Source: Clostridia bacterium
GTDB lineage: Bacteria; Bacillota; Clostridia; Saccharofermentanales; Saccharofermentanaceae
Direction of reading: 5' to 3'
Assembly: GCA_024403735.1 (NCBI GenBank)
Contig: JAKSRG010000007.1
Location: forward strand, 19,430 to 83,429
DNA length: 64,000 bases
The notes under the pieces are model-generated. The model searched no databases and had not been told where the DNA came from. It saw only the letters and a program-made list of their open reading frames with translations. The position numbers were made by a program, and so were the translations under genes. Shown here in pieces: positions 16,084-26,116 of the stretch. How positions within the stretch are numbered: position 1 is the stretch's first letter; each line of letters opens with the position of its first letter.

Positions 16084-17190
16084 ATGTCTAAGAAGATATT
16101 GGTAATAAATCCAGGTTCAACTTCAACTAAGGTTAGCCTTTTTGAAGATGAGAAGGTTGTTTTCGAGAAGAACTTGTTCCATGAGGCAGATATTTTGCTC
16201 TCTTTCGGACATGTAAATGATCAGCTCGGTTTTAGATATGATGTTATCGAGCAGATGCTTAAGGATGAGGGTGTTGATCCTGATTCTATTGACGCTTTTG
16301 TTGGTCGTGGTGGTTCAGCTTGTACACAGACTGGTGGTGTAACTAGCGTTGATCAGAAGCTCTTCGATGATACTGTTATCGCTGTTGGTGGTTCTGAGCA
16401 CCCAGCTAAGCTCGGCGTAATGCTCGCTTGGCAGTTCTCACAGAAGTTCAATAAGCCTGCTTACACACTTAACCCTACAAACGTTGATGAGTACTGCGAT
16501 TACGCTCGTCTCACAGGTATCAAGGGTATTTATCGTGTATCTCACTCACACGTGCTTAACCAGAAGGCTGTTGCTGAGTATCACGCAAAGAATGTTATGA
16601 ACAAGAAGTATGAGGATTGCAATTTTGTAGTTGCTCATATCGATGGTGGTATCACATGTAGTGCGCATGACCACGGTCGCATGATCGATGGTAACATGGG
16701 TGCTGACGGTGAGGGCGCTTATACTCCTACACGAATTGGTTCAGTTCCAGTTCTCCAGCTCCTCGACTATATTGAAGAGCACTCAGTTCAGGATGTAAGA
16801 CTTAGATGTACACGTGCTGGTGGTTTTGTTGATCTCCTCGGTACATCTAATTCAGATACAGTTCACGCTATGGTTGACGCTGGTGATCCTAAGGCTACAC
16901 TCGTATGGCGCACAATGATCTACAACGTAATCAAGATGATCGGCGAGATGTCAGTTGTTCTTAAGGGTAAGGTTGACGGCATCCTTTTGACTGGTGGCCT
17001 TTTGAGATTTAGCGATGTTGAGGAAATGATTTCTGAACACTGCGGTTGGATCGCGCCAATCACATGCTATCCAGGTGAGATGGAGCAGGAGGCTATGGCT
17101 ATCCCAGTTCTCTCAATCCTCAGAGGCGAGGCAGAAGCTAAGAAGTACTCAGGCAAGAATGTTTGGGACGGCTTCGAATTCATGGACTAA
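16084..17190 (+). CDS. buk: butyrate kinase
   Basis: 368 aa. The N-terminus KILVINPGSTSTKVSLFEDEK and the length are typical of Buk (ASKHA superfamily). Confidence 0.92.
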   Translation: MSKKILVINPGSTSTKVSLFEDEKVVFEKNLFHEADILLSFGHVNDQLGFRYDVIEQMLKDEGVDPDSIDAFVGRGGSACTQTGGVTSVDQKLFDDTVIAVGGSEHPAKLGVMLAWQFSQKFNKPAYTLNPTNVDEYCDYARLTGIKGIYRVSHSHVLNQKAVAEYHAKNVMNKKYEDCNFVVAHIDGGITCSAHDHGRMIDGNMGADGEGAYTPTRIGSVPVLQLLDYIEEHSVQDVRLRCTRAGGFVDLLGTSNSDTVHAMVDAGDPKATLVWRTMIYNVIKMIGEMSVVLKGKVDGILLTGGLLRFSDVEEMISEHCGWIAPITCYPGEMEQEAMAIPVLSILRGEAEAKKYSGKNVWDGFEFMD

Positions 17191-17261
17191 TTGTTTTCGA
17201 TGAGGTCAGATGTGACCCGCTCGAAAACACGCATTAAATATTTACTTTGGAGGTAATTATA

Positions 17262-18260
17262 ATGAGTGGTTTGATTGACAGAATTAAGGCTAAGGCAAGT
17301 AGTGACGTTAAGAAGATTGTTCTTCCAGAAGGTGATGAGGTACGTACAGTAGAGGCTGCTTCAATCCTCAAGAAGGAAGCAATCGCTGAGCCAATCCTTA
17401 TCGGTAACGTTGACAGCGTTAATAAAGTAGCTGCTGAACTCGGCGTAGATATCTCAGGCATTGAGATTATCGACCCAGAGACAAGCGCTCGCACAGCAGA
17501 TTATGCTAAGGAGCTTTACGAACTTCGTAAGGCTAAGGGCATGACAGAAGAGGTTGCTGCTAAGACAGTTCTCGATCCAATGTACTACGGTATCATGATG
17601 ATCAAGCTCGAAGAGGCAGACGGTCTCGTATCAGGTGCAGTTCACACAACAGGTGACATGCTCCGTCCAGCACTTCAGATTATTAAGACAAAGCCAGAGA
17701 TGAAGCTCGTTTCTTCTAGCTTCCTTATGGAAGTTCCTAACAAGGAGCTCGGTGAAGATGGTCTTCTCGTATACGCTGACTGCGTAGTTAACCCATGCCC
17801 AACAGCAGAGGAGCTCGCTTACATCGCAGTTGGTACAGCTGCTACAGCTAAGGCACTTTGCGGTTTTGAGGAGCCACGTGTAGCAATGCTCTCATTCTCA
17901 ACTAAGGGTTCAGCTAAGCACGACCTCGTATCAAAGGTTCAGCAGGCTGTTGATATGGCTCATGAGCTCGCTCCTGACCTTCTCCTCGATGGTGAGATGC
18001 AGTTCGACGCAGCTTTGGTGCCTAAGATTGGTGCTTCAAAGGCTAAGGGTAGCCCAGTTGCAGGCCGCGCTAACATCCTCGTATTCCCTGATCTCCAGGC
18101 TGGTAACATCGGCTACAAGATTACAGAGCGTATCGGTGGTGCTAATTGCTTCGCTGTACTCCAGGGTCTTAAGAAGCCATGTAATGACCTTTCACGTGGT
18201 TGCTCAGTTGACGATATCGTTAACACAGTAGCAATGACAGCAGTTCAGGCTCAGATGTAA
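17262..18260 (+). CDS. pta: phosphate acyltransferase (PTA_PTB family, Pta-like)
   Basis: ATG 17262 follows GGAGG. Supporting motifs are KKIVLPEGDEVRTVEAA, DGLVSGAVHTTGDMLRPALQIIKT and about 333 aa length. Acetyl versus butyryl specificity cannot be read from the sequence. Confidence 0.85.
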   Translation: MSGLIDRIKAKASSDVKKIVLPEGDEVRTVEAASILKKEAIAEPILIGNVDSVNKVAAELGVDISGIEIIDPETSARTADYAKELYELRKAKGMTEEVAAKTVLDPMYYGIMMIKLEEADGLVSGAVHTTGDMLRPALQIIKTKPEMKLVSSSFLMEVPNKELGEDGLLVYADCVVNPCPTAEELAYIAVGTAATAKALCGFEEPRVAMLSFSTKGSAKHDLVSKVQQAVDMAHELAPDLLLDGEMQFDAALVPKIGASKAKGSPVAGRANILVFPDLQAGNIGYKITERIGGANCFAVLQGLKKPCNDLSRGCSVDDIVNTVAMTAVQAQM

Positions 18261-18290
18261 TCAGTATTTGATTAATTATTGGATTTGATG

Positions 18291-18325
18291 ACACCTCCAA
18301 AGCTTCGCGCTTGGGGGTGTTTTGT
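18291..18325 (+). terminator. intrinsic terminator after pta
   Basis: ACACCTCCAA / TTGGGGGTGT form the stem, followed by a T-run. Confidence 0.8.
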
Positions 18326-18436
18326 TGTACTTAAATCCCCTTTCGCCCCAAATAAAAGTCTATTCACCCCTTAATCCACAAATGCAATTTTTGCTGTGCA
18401 ATAATCCCCACAGACTTGAATAGAGAGGATATGTAC

Positions 18437-20476
18437 ATGAAACAAAGTAAATTCAAAAGAATAAGTGCGGCGTGTATCGCTGCTGCTATGTTAATGGGAT
18501 TTGCAGGATGCCATGCGGAGCTTCCTGAGACAGCACAGGATACAAATACATCTGAAACTGCAAAGATTGATTTCGCAAATATTAGTGCCAAAGATGATTT
18601 CTTTGGTTATGCAAATGGAGAGGCTCTTGGCTTTGCTGATATTACGAACAACTATGAATATGCTGGTGCGTTTGGAAAAGTGTCTTCTAATACTGAAGAT
18701 ATCGTTTATGACAGTATTAGGAAAATCGTTAGTTCTAATGAAGAATTCGAATATGGTTCAAAGGAATGGATAATCAAATATGTTTATGATGAGTACTCCG
18801 CATCATTAGATGAAGAGTACATGCAAAGCTATTACGAGAGCGAATTCGAAGACGTAAATGGCGAACTTGAGAAGATCATGAATGCCAAGACTTCTGAGGA
18901 ACTTGTTTCTCTATGTATTAAGAATAAAGTTGGTATATATCCGGTTTTTAAGCTTGCGGTTAACGTCTTTGACCCAACGAATTATTGCTATGAGGTTGAA
19001 CTTTACAAGAAAATTCTTGGTGTTCAGTTCTATGAAATTAATGAAGACACCAATGCGGTAGCTAATAACAACAGCATGTACGTTGATGTTTTCAAAGCAC
19101 TTGGAGATGACGAGGATACGGCAAGAGATAAAGTACTTGCATTTGAGTATCTTGCTATTGATCTTTGCTGGAGTACAGAACCTGATAGGGTTAGTTCATT
19201 AGATTGGAATACAGAATACTTCACTCATGTAAGTAACGATGAACTTAGTAAAATTTTCACTAATTTTGATTATGAAGCAGTCGAGAAAGCTTATGAACTT
19301 GACGGACTAATTGATGATGGATGGTACTGCTATTCAACAGAACAACTTAAGGGTATCAACGCGTGCTATAGCGATGAGAACTTAGAAGCTCTTCGTAATC
19401 TTGCAATCGCTGACTACTGTATCGCGAATGCTGAAGTGCTTTCACTTAAATACGATGACCTCTCAGTAGGTTACTCATTCTCTGGTGATAAAGAATATAA
19501 AGTTCTTTATGAGATCACAAGAAATATGTCTTTTTATCATTTTGTCGAGAAGCTTTATGTTGAGAGTGCTTATGACGAAGAAGCTGATAGAGTATTGAGA
19601 AGTATGTGTGATGACGTTGTTGGAGGGTATAGAGATATAATCAGCCAGGCTGAATGGCTCACACCAGAAACGAGACAGAAGTTAATTGAAAAGCTCGATA
19701 ACATAATATTTCTCACAGCAAAAGATCTTGATTGTGATGAGATTGATACTGAAGTAGCAGACTGTTTTACAGGAGACTACTATAAAACGCTCGAGAATTT
19801 GAATGAACTTAATCTGAGAAGAGAAAAAGAAAAATATCTTAGTGGCGTTAATAGAGAAGAATTGCAATTTGGTATGCACGAAGTGAATGCCTGCTATGAC
19901 GCAATGCTTAATAACGTAACTATTTGCTTGGCTATTCAGTCGTATCCGTTCTTCAGTAAAGACGAGAGCTATGCTTATAACCTTGCGTTTCTTGGTGCAA
20001 CAATCGCACATGAGATTGGTCACGCTTTTGATTCAGAAGGAATTCTATTTGACAAAGATGGTGTATACAACCCTGGATGGCTCAGCCCAGAGGATATTGC
20101 AGCGCTTGAAGAGCGTAATCAAAAAGCAATCCATTATTTCGAGACAGCATTCAAAGTCTACAACATTTACACAATAGACGGTGAGCAGACGCTTGGTGAG
20201 AACTATGCTGACCTAGGCGGAGCTGAAGTTTGTGTTTCACTTCTTGATAGCAAAGAAGAGTATGAGGAATTTTTCGAGTGCTATGCGATGTCTTGGGCAT
20301 CGATCGTAACGGTGAATTCATTGAAGCAACAGATTAAGTATGACGTGCACAGTCCTGAAATCTTAAGGACAAATGCAATTGTAGCTTGTCTTGATGAGTT
20401 CTATGAAACTTACGATGTAAAGCCAGGCGATGGAATGTATATAGCGCCAGAAGACAGAGTTAGTAGATGGTATTAA
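18437..20476 (+). CDS. M13-family (neprilysin/PepO-like) zinc metallopeptidase, lipoprotein
   Basis: The lipobox is MLMGFAGC. The zinc motif is HEIGHAFD, with downstream ENYADLGG (ExxxD). The start is ambiguous among 18416, 18431 and 18437. 18437 has the best spacing to GAGAGGA. Confidence 0.85.
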   Translation: MKQSKFKRISAACIAAAMLMGFAGCHAELPETAQDTNTSETAKIDFANISAKDDFFGYANGEALGFADITNNYEYAGAFGKVSSNTEDIVYDSIRKIVSSNEEFEYGSKEWIIKYVYDEYSASLDEEYMQSYYESEFEDVNGELEKIMNAKTSEELVSLCIKNKVGIYPVFKLAVNVFDPTNYCYEVELYKKILGVQFYEINEDTNAVANNNSMYVDVFKALGDDEDTARDKVLAFEYLAIDLCWSTEPDRVSSLDWNTEYFTHVSNDELSKIFTNFDYEAVEKAYELDGLIDDGWYCYSTEQLKGINACYSDENLEALRNLAIADYCIANAEVLSLKYDDLSVGYSFSGDKEYKVLYEITRNMSFYHFVEKLYVESAYDEEADRVLRSMCDDVVGGYRDIISQAEWLTPETRQKLIEKLDNIIFLTAKDLDCDEIDTEVADCFTGDYYKTLENLNELNLRREKEKYLSGVNREELQFGMHEVNACYDAMLNNVTICLAIQSYPFFSKDESYAYNLAFLGATIAHEIGHAFDSEGILFDKDGVYNPGWLSPEDIAALEERNQKAIHYFETAFKVYNIYTIDGEQTLGENYADLGGAEVCVSLLDSKEEYEEFFECYAMSWASIVTVNSLKQQIKYDVHSPEILRTNAIVACLDEFYETYDVKPGDGMYIAPEDRVSRWY

Positions 20477-20490
20477 GGAATGGTATTAAC

Positions 20491-22941
20491 ATGAAGATTA
20501 TTCTTAAACACACACTTAAAAATATATTTGGTAAGCCAGGCAGAACATTTCTTATTCTTTTCTGCATCACTCTTTGCACATTTGTAGCAATAGTCTCAAC
20601 TGATCTTACGAATGCGATGAATAGTATTATTAGAGGCATGATGAGTGAGATGGCTGGAACAACTGATGTTATGGCTGTTTCTGACGAGCAGATTGATTTA
20701 TCTGACCCTAAGTATCCAGCTAATACTACTTTAGAGGTTAGGGCCTATGAGAATACAAAATATGCTCATGATGAAGAAGCATACTACATTGCGAAAGAGG
20801 AGATGGTTTACATCTATTCAATGAATCTCGATGTAGCTGAGAAGCTTAAGGTCATGAAGACAGATACTAAGAACTTTGGTGATGGCGAGTGTCTCGTGAA
20901 TGAAGGTTACCTCGAGTCTTACAATGTAAATATTGGAGATTCAATTGTCCTAATAGATAGCAACAAGAATGAAGTATCCTTTAAGATTGCTGGCGTTACT
21001 TCTGATATGAGTACGCTTTTCGACGGATATACAGTAATAATTAGCGATGCTGCGATGAATAAGCTCAATCCTAATCAGAAAGAATATAGATATCTTATAG
21101 ATCTCGAAAACGACGACGTAACCAGAGATGTTTATGATCAATTAAGAAATGACTTCCCTCGAGGCAACTTCACAAGCTTAGTTTCTAATGATGCTACTGA
21201 TACGCAGCTCAAGAATGCTAGTAAAATATTCATGCTTATTCTTCTTATCTGCATCCTCATGGTAATCTTTGTAACTATCTCAGTATCAGATAGAGTAATC
21301 TGTGAGCGAATGGCAGTTATTGGTACATTTAGAAGTCTTGGCTTCTCAAGAAATGTGACTACTGGAATTTTACTTGCCGAGAATGCGATTTACGGTCTCG
21401 TTGGATCTTTAATTGGTATTGGTTTATATGCTGCTATCCGTCTTCCATTACTAAATTTAATGCTTGCATTCGACCCTGGTTATGAATTTGAAATGGATTT
21501 TGGTTCGATTAGTCCGCTTGCTGTAGTAGTTATCATTCTTCTTGCGGTATTCATTGAATGTATGTGTTCTATTAAGGAGATTGTAAAGGCTGTCAAAACA
21601 CCAATTCGTGACATTATCTTCTCAACAAAAGATACAGCATATACTACAAATAAGGTTACAACAATCATTGGTATTGTCCTCATGGTTGCTGGTATCGTGC
21701 TTTTCTTTTTCAAGAATATCTTTATCTGCCAGATTATCGCAATTGTTTTTGTTGCATTAGCTATCTCAATGCTTTCTCCTTACTTCTTTATCCTTGTTGG
21801 CAAGTTCCTTTCAAATGTTTTCGAGAAGAACGGAAAAATAATTCCTTCACTTGCAGTTAGAGAAAGTTATACAAAGAAGAATACAGTTGGAGCTAGCGTC
21901 TTGATTACTACAATAGTAACTCTTTGCATCTTGGTAATGGTTTACGCTTCTTCAATTGTCTATGATTATCAGGACACTTCATCAATTAAATATGATGTAG
22001 CAGTTAATGTTGAAGGTGAAGCTATCGAATATAAGTATATAGAGACACTTCCTGGTGTAACTGATGTTGAATATGTTTACACTGATGCGAGTGACACGAT
22101 TGTGATTAATGGTGTATATAGCGATCTCAATATCGTAACACCTATAAATAAAGGTGGATTTAAGTATTATTACAATTCTGTTATTAAGGATCTTCCTACA
22201 GAATTAGGAAAAGATGAGATTTATGTATCAAGATATTTCCTTGATAAATGCAATCTCAAAGTAGGTGATACATATGATTTCATCTTCAAAAAGGGTAGTC
22301 CAGTTGAATTCAATAGATCTCTTAAGATAGCGGGTTATATCCCAAGTACTTTGCCTGAGATGTATGTTAACTTCGATTTCTTCGATGAGATTTATAACAC
22401 CAATTCTGTGGCTAATGTTTATATCAAGACTGACAATCCAGATGAGACAGCGAATACTATCAGAAGATATTCTTCGCTTACAGAAGAAAAGGTTAAGACT
22501 CGTGACGAACAGATAGCTGCTGACAAGAAAGAATCACAGTCATTCGTCGTAGTGATTTATGTCGTCCTCGCAATCGGTTGTATTGTAACTTTCATTGGTG
22601 CTGCTGGTAACCTTTTGCTTGGTTTCGAGAGCCGTAAGAGAGAATGTGCAGTTCTTCTTTCAACATCCCTTAACAGAAAACAGTTAAGTTTCTCGCTCTT
22701 CCTTGAGAGTTTCTTCGCGTCACTTAGTGCGATGGTTCTTGCAATTCCATTTGGTTTCCTTCTCCTTATTCCAATAAAAAATATATTCATTGTTGTAAGT
22801 GAAGGAGTAGTGTTCCATTACGATTTTGGTAGCATGGCACTCACACTATTTATCATGTTGATCGCATTCACATTTACATCAATCCAGCCAATCAGAAAAC
22901 TTCGCAAGATGAAGCTCTCTGAACAGCTTAAGTACGAATAA
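20491..22941 (+). CDS. ABC transporter permease, double FtsX-domain (MacB/BceB-like)
   Basis: About 816 aa, with ATG 20491 after AAGGAA. It has an N-terminal TM, large extracytoplasmic regions and two clusters of 3-4 TM helices. Confidence 0.8.
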   Translation: MKIILKHTLKNIFGKPGRTFLILFCITLCTFVAIVSTDLTNAMNSIIRGMMSEMAGTTDVMAVSDEQIDLSDPKYPANTTLEVRAYENTKYAHDEEAYYIAKEEMVYIYSMNLDVAEKLKVMKTDTKNFGDGECLVNEGYLESYNVNIGDSIVLIDSNKNEVSFKIAGVTSDMSTLFDGYTVIISDAAMNKLNPNQKEYRYLIDLENDDVTRDVYDQLRNDFPRGNFTSLVSNDATDTQLKNASKIFMLILLICILMVIFVTISVSDRVICERMAVIGTFRSLGFSRNVTTGILLAENAIYGLVGSLIGIGLYAAIRLPLLNLMLAFDPGYEFEMDFGSISPLAVVVIILLAVFIECMCSIKEIVKAVKTPIRDIIFSTKDTAYTTNKVTTIIGIVLMVAGIVLFFFKNIFICQIIAIVFVALAISMLSPYFFILVGKFLSNVFEKNGKIIPSLAVRESYTKKNTVGASVLITTIVTLCILVMVYASSIVYDYQDTSSIKYDVAVNVEGEAIEYKYIETLPGVTDVEYVYTDASDTIVINGVYSDLNIVTPINKGGFKYYYNSVIKDLPTELGKDEIYVSRYFLDKCNLKVGDTYDFIFKKGSPVEFNRSLKIAGYIPSTLPEMYVNFDFFDEIYNTNSVANVYIKTDNPDETANTIRRYSSLTEEKVKTRDEQIAADKKESQSFVVVIYVVLAIGCIVTFIGAAGNLLLGFESRKRECAVLLSTSLNRKQLSFSLFLESFFASLSAMVLAIPFGFLLLIPIKNIFIVVSEGVVFHYDFGSMALTLFIMLIAFTFTSIQPIRKLRKMKLSEQLKYE

Positions 22942-22953
22942 GGAGACATATAT

Positions 22954-23628
22954 ATGACACACGTAATTGAAGTTAGTAACGTTAATAAGATTTTTGGTAA
23001 GAATGACACACGTCTTCAGGTTCTCGATAATGCCTGTGTAGAAATCTCAAAGGGCGAGTTCGTTTCTCTTATGGGTCCATCAGGTAGTGGTAAGTCAACA
23101 CTTCTTTACTTGATTGGAGGTCTCGATAGAGAGTTCGAAGGATCAATTAAGGTTGCAGGAGAGGAGATTACGAAACTCAAAGAATCCAAGTTGAGCGAAC
23201 TTCGCCTCAAGAAGATGGGCTTCGTGTTCCAGTTCTATAACCTTGTTCAGAACCTCACAGTTGAAGATAACATTCTTCTTCCGCTCACAGCTCAGGGCAA
23301 GTCCAAGGCATCCCTCGAGAATGATCTTAAGGAAATCCTTGAGATCACAGGTCTTACATCCAAGCGTAAGGTGATGCCAGCTAAGCTTTCAGGTGGTCAG
23401 CAGCAGCGTGTAGCAATTGCCCGCGCACTCCTTGGAAACCCAGAGATTATCTTAGCTGACGAGCCAACTGGTAACCTTGATTCTAAGGCTAGTAAGGAAA
23501 TTCTCGAGCTCTTTAAGCACATCAACGAGGAGAAGGGCGTAACAATTCTTCAAGTTACTCACTCAGATGAAGCTGCATCTTACAGTAACAGAATTGTCCG
23601 TCTTAATAACGGCAAAATTGTTGGATAA
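22954..23628 (+). CDS. ABC transporter ATP-binding protein
   Basis: Walker A is GPSGSGKST, the signature is LSGGQQQRVAIARAL, and Walker B is ILADEPTGNLD. Confidence 0.93.
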   Translation: MTHVIEVSNVNKIFGKNDTRLQVLDNACVEISKGEFVSLMGPSGSGKSTLLYLIGGLDREFEGSIKVAGEEITKLKESKLSELRLKKMGFVFQFYNLVQNLTVEDNILLPLTAQGKSKASLENDLKEILEITGLTSKRKVMPAKLSGGQQQRVAIARALLGNPEIILADEPTGNLDSKASKEILELFKHINEEKGVTILQVTHSDEAASYSNRIVRLNNGKIVG

Positions 23629-23652
23629 GAAATAGATTTTTAAGTTTTTATG

Positions 23653-23688
23653 ACCGGAGCGAAAACAATATTCTTCGCTTCGGTTTTA
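23653..23688 (+). terminator. intrinsic terminator
   Basis: ACCGGAGCGAA / TTCGCTTCGGT form the stem, followed by TTTT. Confidence 0.7.
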
Positions 23689-23766
23689 CTGCGTTTGGTA
23701 ACCACTATTAGATGTATCTTTTGATATACTATTGTTGTATTCCGAATTAGTTAAGGGAGAAACACA

Positions 23767-24495
23767 ATGCGATTTGCAATTGTCGATGATGAAGAAGTTT
23801 TTAGAAGTCAGATTGAGAAAGCTATTTATAAGCTTTGTGGCCCTGAGAATGTGGCATGCTATTTGTATGCCGATGGTAAATCACTCCTGACTTCAATAGG
23901 TAATGGCAATAGATTTGACGCCATCTTCCTCGATATTGAAATGGAAGAAATAGACGGAATGTCTACTGCACGTACCCTTAGAGACAACAATAACAATACA
24001 CCTATTATATTCATCACTAGCCACACTGAAATGGCTATGGACGGCTATGACGTCGCAGCGTTCAGATTTCTTGGTAAGCCTATTGATCCAGAAAGACTTA
24101 AGGTTGTGCTCAGAGATCTTGAGCAAATGCTTTATAAAGAAACTTCAATAACAGTTCAAAAGGATGGAGAGAATATCATCATTCCTATCTCTTCAATCCA
24201 GTATGTTGAGTCTATGGATAATGATGTAATCTATCACCTTTGGAATAGTGGTAAGTCAAATGAACTTCAGGTACGTGGAACTTTGTCGAGTGTTTTCGAG
24301 AAGCTCGTAGAGGTATCAACAGACTTCTATAAAATTCATAGATGCACAATAGTTAACCTCAAAAATGTTAAGCGTTACAGTGCAACAGATGTGACTATGG
24401 AATGTGGAACAAAACTTACAATTGCCAAGAGTATTAGAAGTAAATTTCGCCTCGCGATGTTCGACTTTGTTAAGAAATCCGGACATTCGATTTAA
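23767..24495 (+). CDS. LytTR-family response regulator
   Basis: The receiver region is FAIVDDEE...DAIFLDIEM. The C-terminal region ...IHRCTIVNLKNVKRY... is typical of a LytTR DNA-binding domain. Confidence 0.88.
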   Translation: MRFAIVDDEEVFRSQIEKAIYKLCGPENVACYLYADGKSLLTSIGNGNRFDAIFLDIEMEEIDGMSTARTLRDNNNNTPIIFITSHTEMAMDGYDVAAFRFLGKPIDPERLKVVLRDLEQMLYKETSITVQKDGENIIIPISSIQYVESMDNDVIYHLWNSGKSNELQVRGTLSSVFEKLVEVSTDFYKIHRCTIVNLKNVKRYSATDVTMECGTKLTIAKSIRSKFRLAMFDFVKKSGHSI

Positions 24496-24522
24496 CATGA
24501 TTAGGGATAAGGAGTCTTTCAA

Positions 24523-25911
24523 ATGACTTTGATATTTGGGATTATTGCAGTATTTTTCGAGAGAATTGCTTCTTATGTTGGCGCACATATACTGCTCAAT
24601 AAGGTGTTTCATTGGCGTCAACGCAGATGGTTTCTTATTGCAGTCGCTGTAGGGGGACTATTTGAGTCTTCTATATTTTTATTGAGTACTCATATATCGA
24701 ATGATTTTTTAATCGATATGCTATCGCTAGGTGATGATTTAGCGCTATTGATTGCTTCGTTTATTGCGACAGAAGGTAAATGGTATAAAAAGATATTTGT
24801 CACACTCTCAGTTGTGCCAATAAGCAATTTGTTAATAGGAGATACGATTGCTTCATTTACACAGACTGGTGCTAGAGAAATAACAAACTTAACGTCGTTG
24901 TTAGCTTTTATCGGATTAACATTGTTAGGATTTTTGCTGCTATTTTTTACATCACTTCCTAGCCGTAATATTAAGAGCAGGAGAACAGGCGTCTTAACTA
25001 TAGTTGTATTCTCATTTTTATATGAATTTTTCGATGCAATCCTTGATCCAATGTTTATTGAAGTATGGGAAGCGATGGGCGCAAGACATGCTGCTCAATT
25101 AAAGAACGTAACTGACCTGATTATATTTTTAGGTGAGAGTAGCTTCTTAAGATTTGTCTTCCTCGTAATCCTTCCAGTAACTATTCTATTTGGCATCAAC
25201 TTCTTTATGTCACAGCGCTACTATAGAGAAGAAGCGCAGGTCAACGCTGATTACCTTGAAGCCCAGGCGAAGTACTATGAGAATATCAAAAAGAGCAACA
25301 GCGAGATTCGTAAACTTCGTCATGACTATCGTAATCACCTGACGGTTCTTTCACTCCTTATTGGTAATGGCGATACGGAGAAAGCACTAGATTACATTAA
25401 TGATATGAATGGTAATCTTTTGTCTCCGATTAGTATTTGTAATACTGGTAATGAGACTTCTGATGCCATCATCTCAGATAAGATTAGTAAAGCTACTGAA
25501 CTTGGAATTAATCTTATTGTAGAGGGTAAGTTTAGTTATCCAGATATGAAGCCAATCGACATTTGCACCATTCTTGGAAATGTCTTAGATAATGCAATCG
25601 AGGCTGTAACTCGCGAGAATAAAAAGCACACCCTTCAGAACAAGGATATCCATTTGGCTTTTATCGTTACAAACAATTTCTTTATGATCAACGAAACAAA
25701 TAAGACCGTAACTCCACTTAAATACGATGGTTCAGTTGTAGTGACTTCTAAGAAGGATAGCGGACTTCACGGTCTTGGCCTAAGTAACATCAAGACATCA
25801 GCCGAGAAATACAACGGTGACGTGGAAATCTCATGTACACCTAGTCCTGATGTTGATAACGAATTCGATTATTCAATAAGTATTATGATTCCTATTGTTG
25901 AGAATGATTAA
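24523..25911 (+). CDS. polytopic sensor histidine kinase (AgrC/LytS-like, GHKL ATPase)
   Basis: The N-terminus has 6-7 TM segments. The H-box is LRHDYRNHL, the N-box is LGNVLDNAIEA and the G-box is SGLHGLGLSNI. Confidence 0.85.
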   Translation: MTLIFGIIAVFFERIASYVGAHILLNKVFHWRQRRWFLIAVAVGGLFESSIFLLSTHISNDFLIDMLSLGDDLALLIASFIATEGKWYKKIFVTLSVVPISNLLIGDTIASFTQTGAREITNLTSLLAFIGLTLLGFLLLFFTSLPSRNIKSRRTGVLTIVVFSFLYEFFDAILDPMFIEVWEAMGARHAAQLKNVTDLIIFLGESSFLRFVFLVILPVTILFGINFFMSQRYYREEAQVNADYLEAQAKYYENIKKSNSEIRKLRHDYRNHLTVLSLLIGNGDTEKALDYINDMNGNLLSPISICNTGNETSDAIISDKISKATELGINLIVEGKFSYPDMKPIDICTILGNVLDNAIEAVTRENKKHTLQNKDIHLAFIVTNNFFMINETNKTVTPLKYDGSVVVTSKKDSGLHGLGLSNIKTSAEKYNGDVEISCTPSPDVDNEFDYSISIMIPIVEND

Positions 25912-26116
25912 GCTATTTGTAGTTTAGTCTATACTTTGATACATTCATTGGTTTTGTTTAGGAACATCTATATCAAACTACTAATCACCTTGATTTTGGT
26001 TCACCAAAGTTGTTAATATAGCACGGACGTTATTTGAGGATTGATGATGGCTTCGTTAGAGAGGAACGAGCGTTTCAATCACGTCCATAGGTTGTAGAAG
26101 GTTATAGTAGAAGAAT

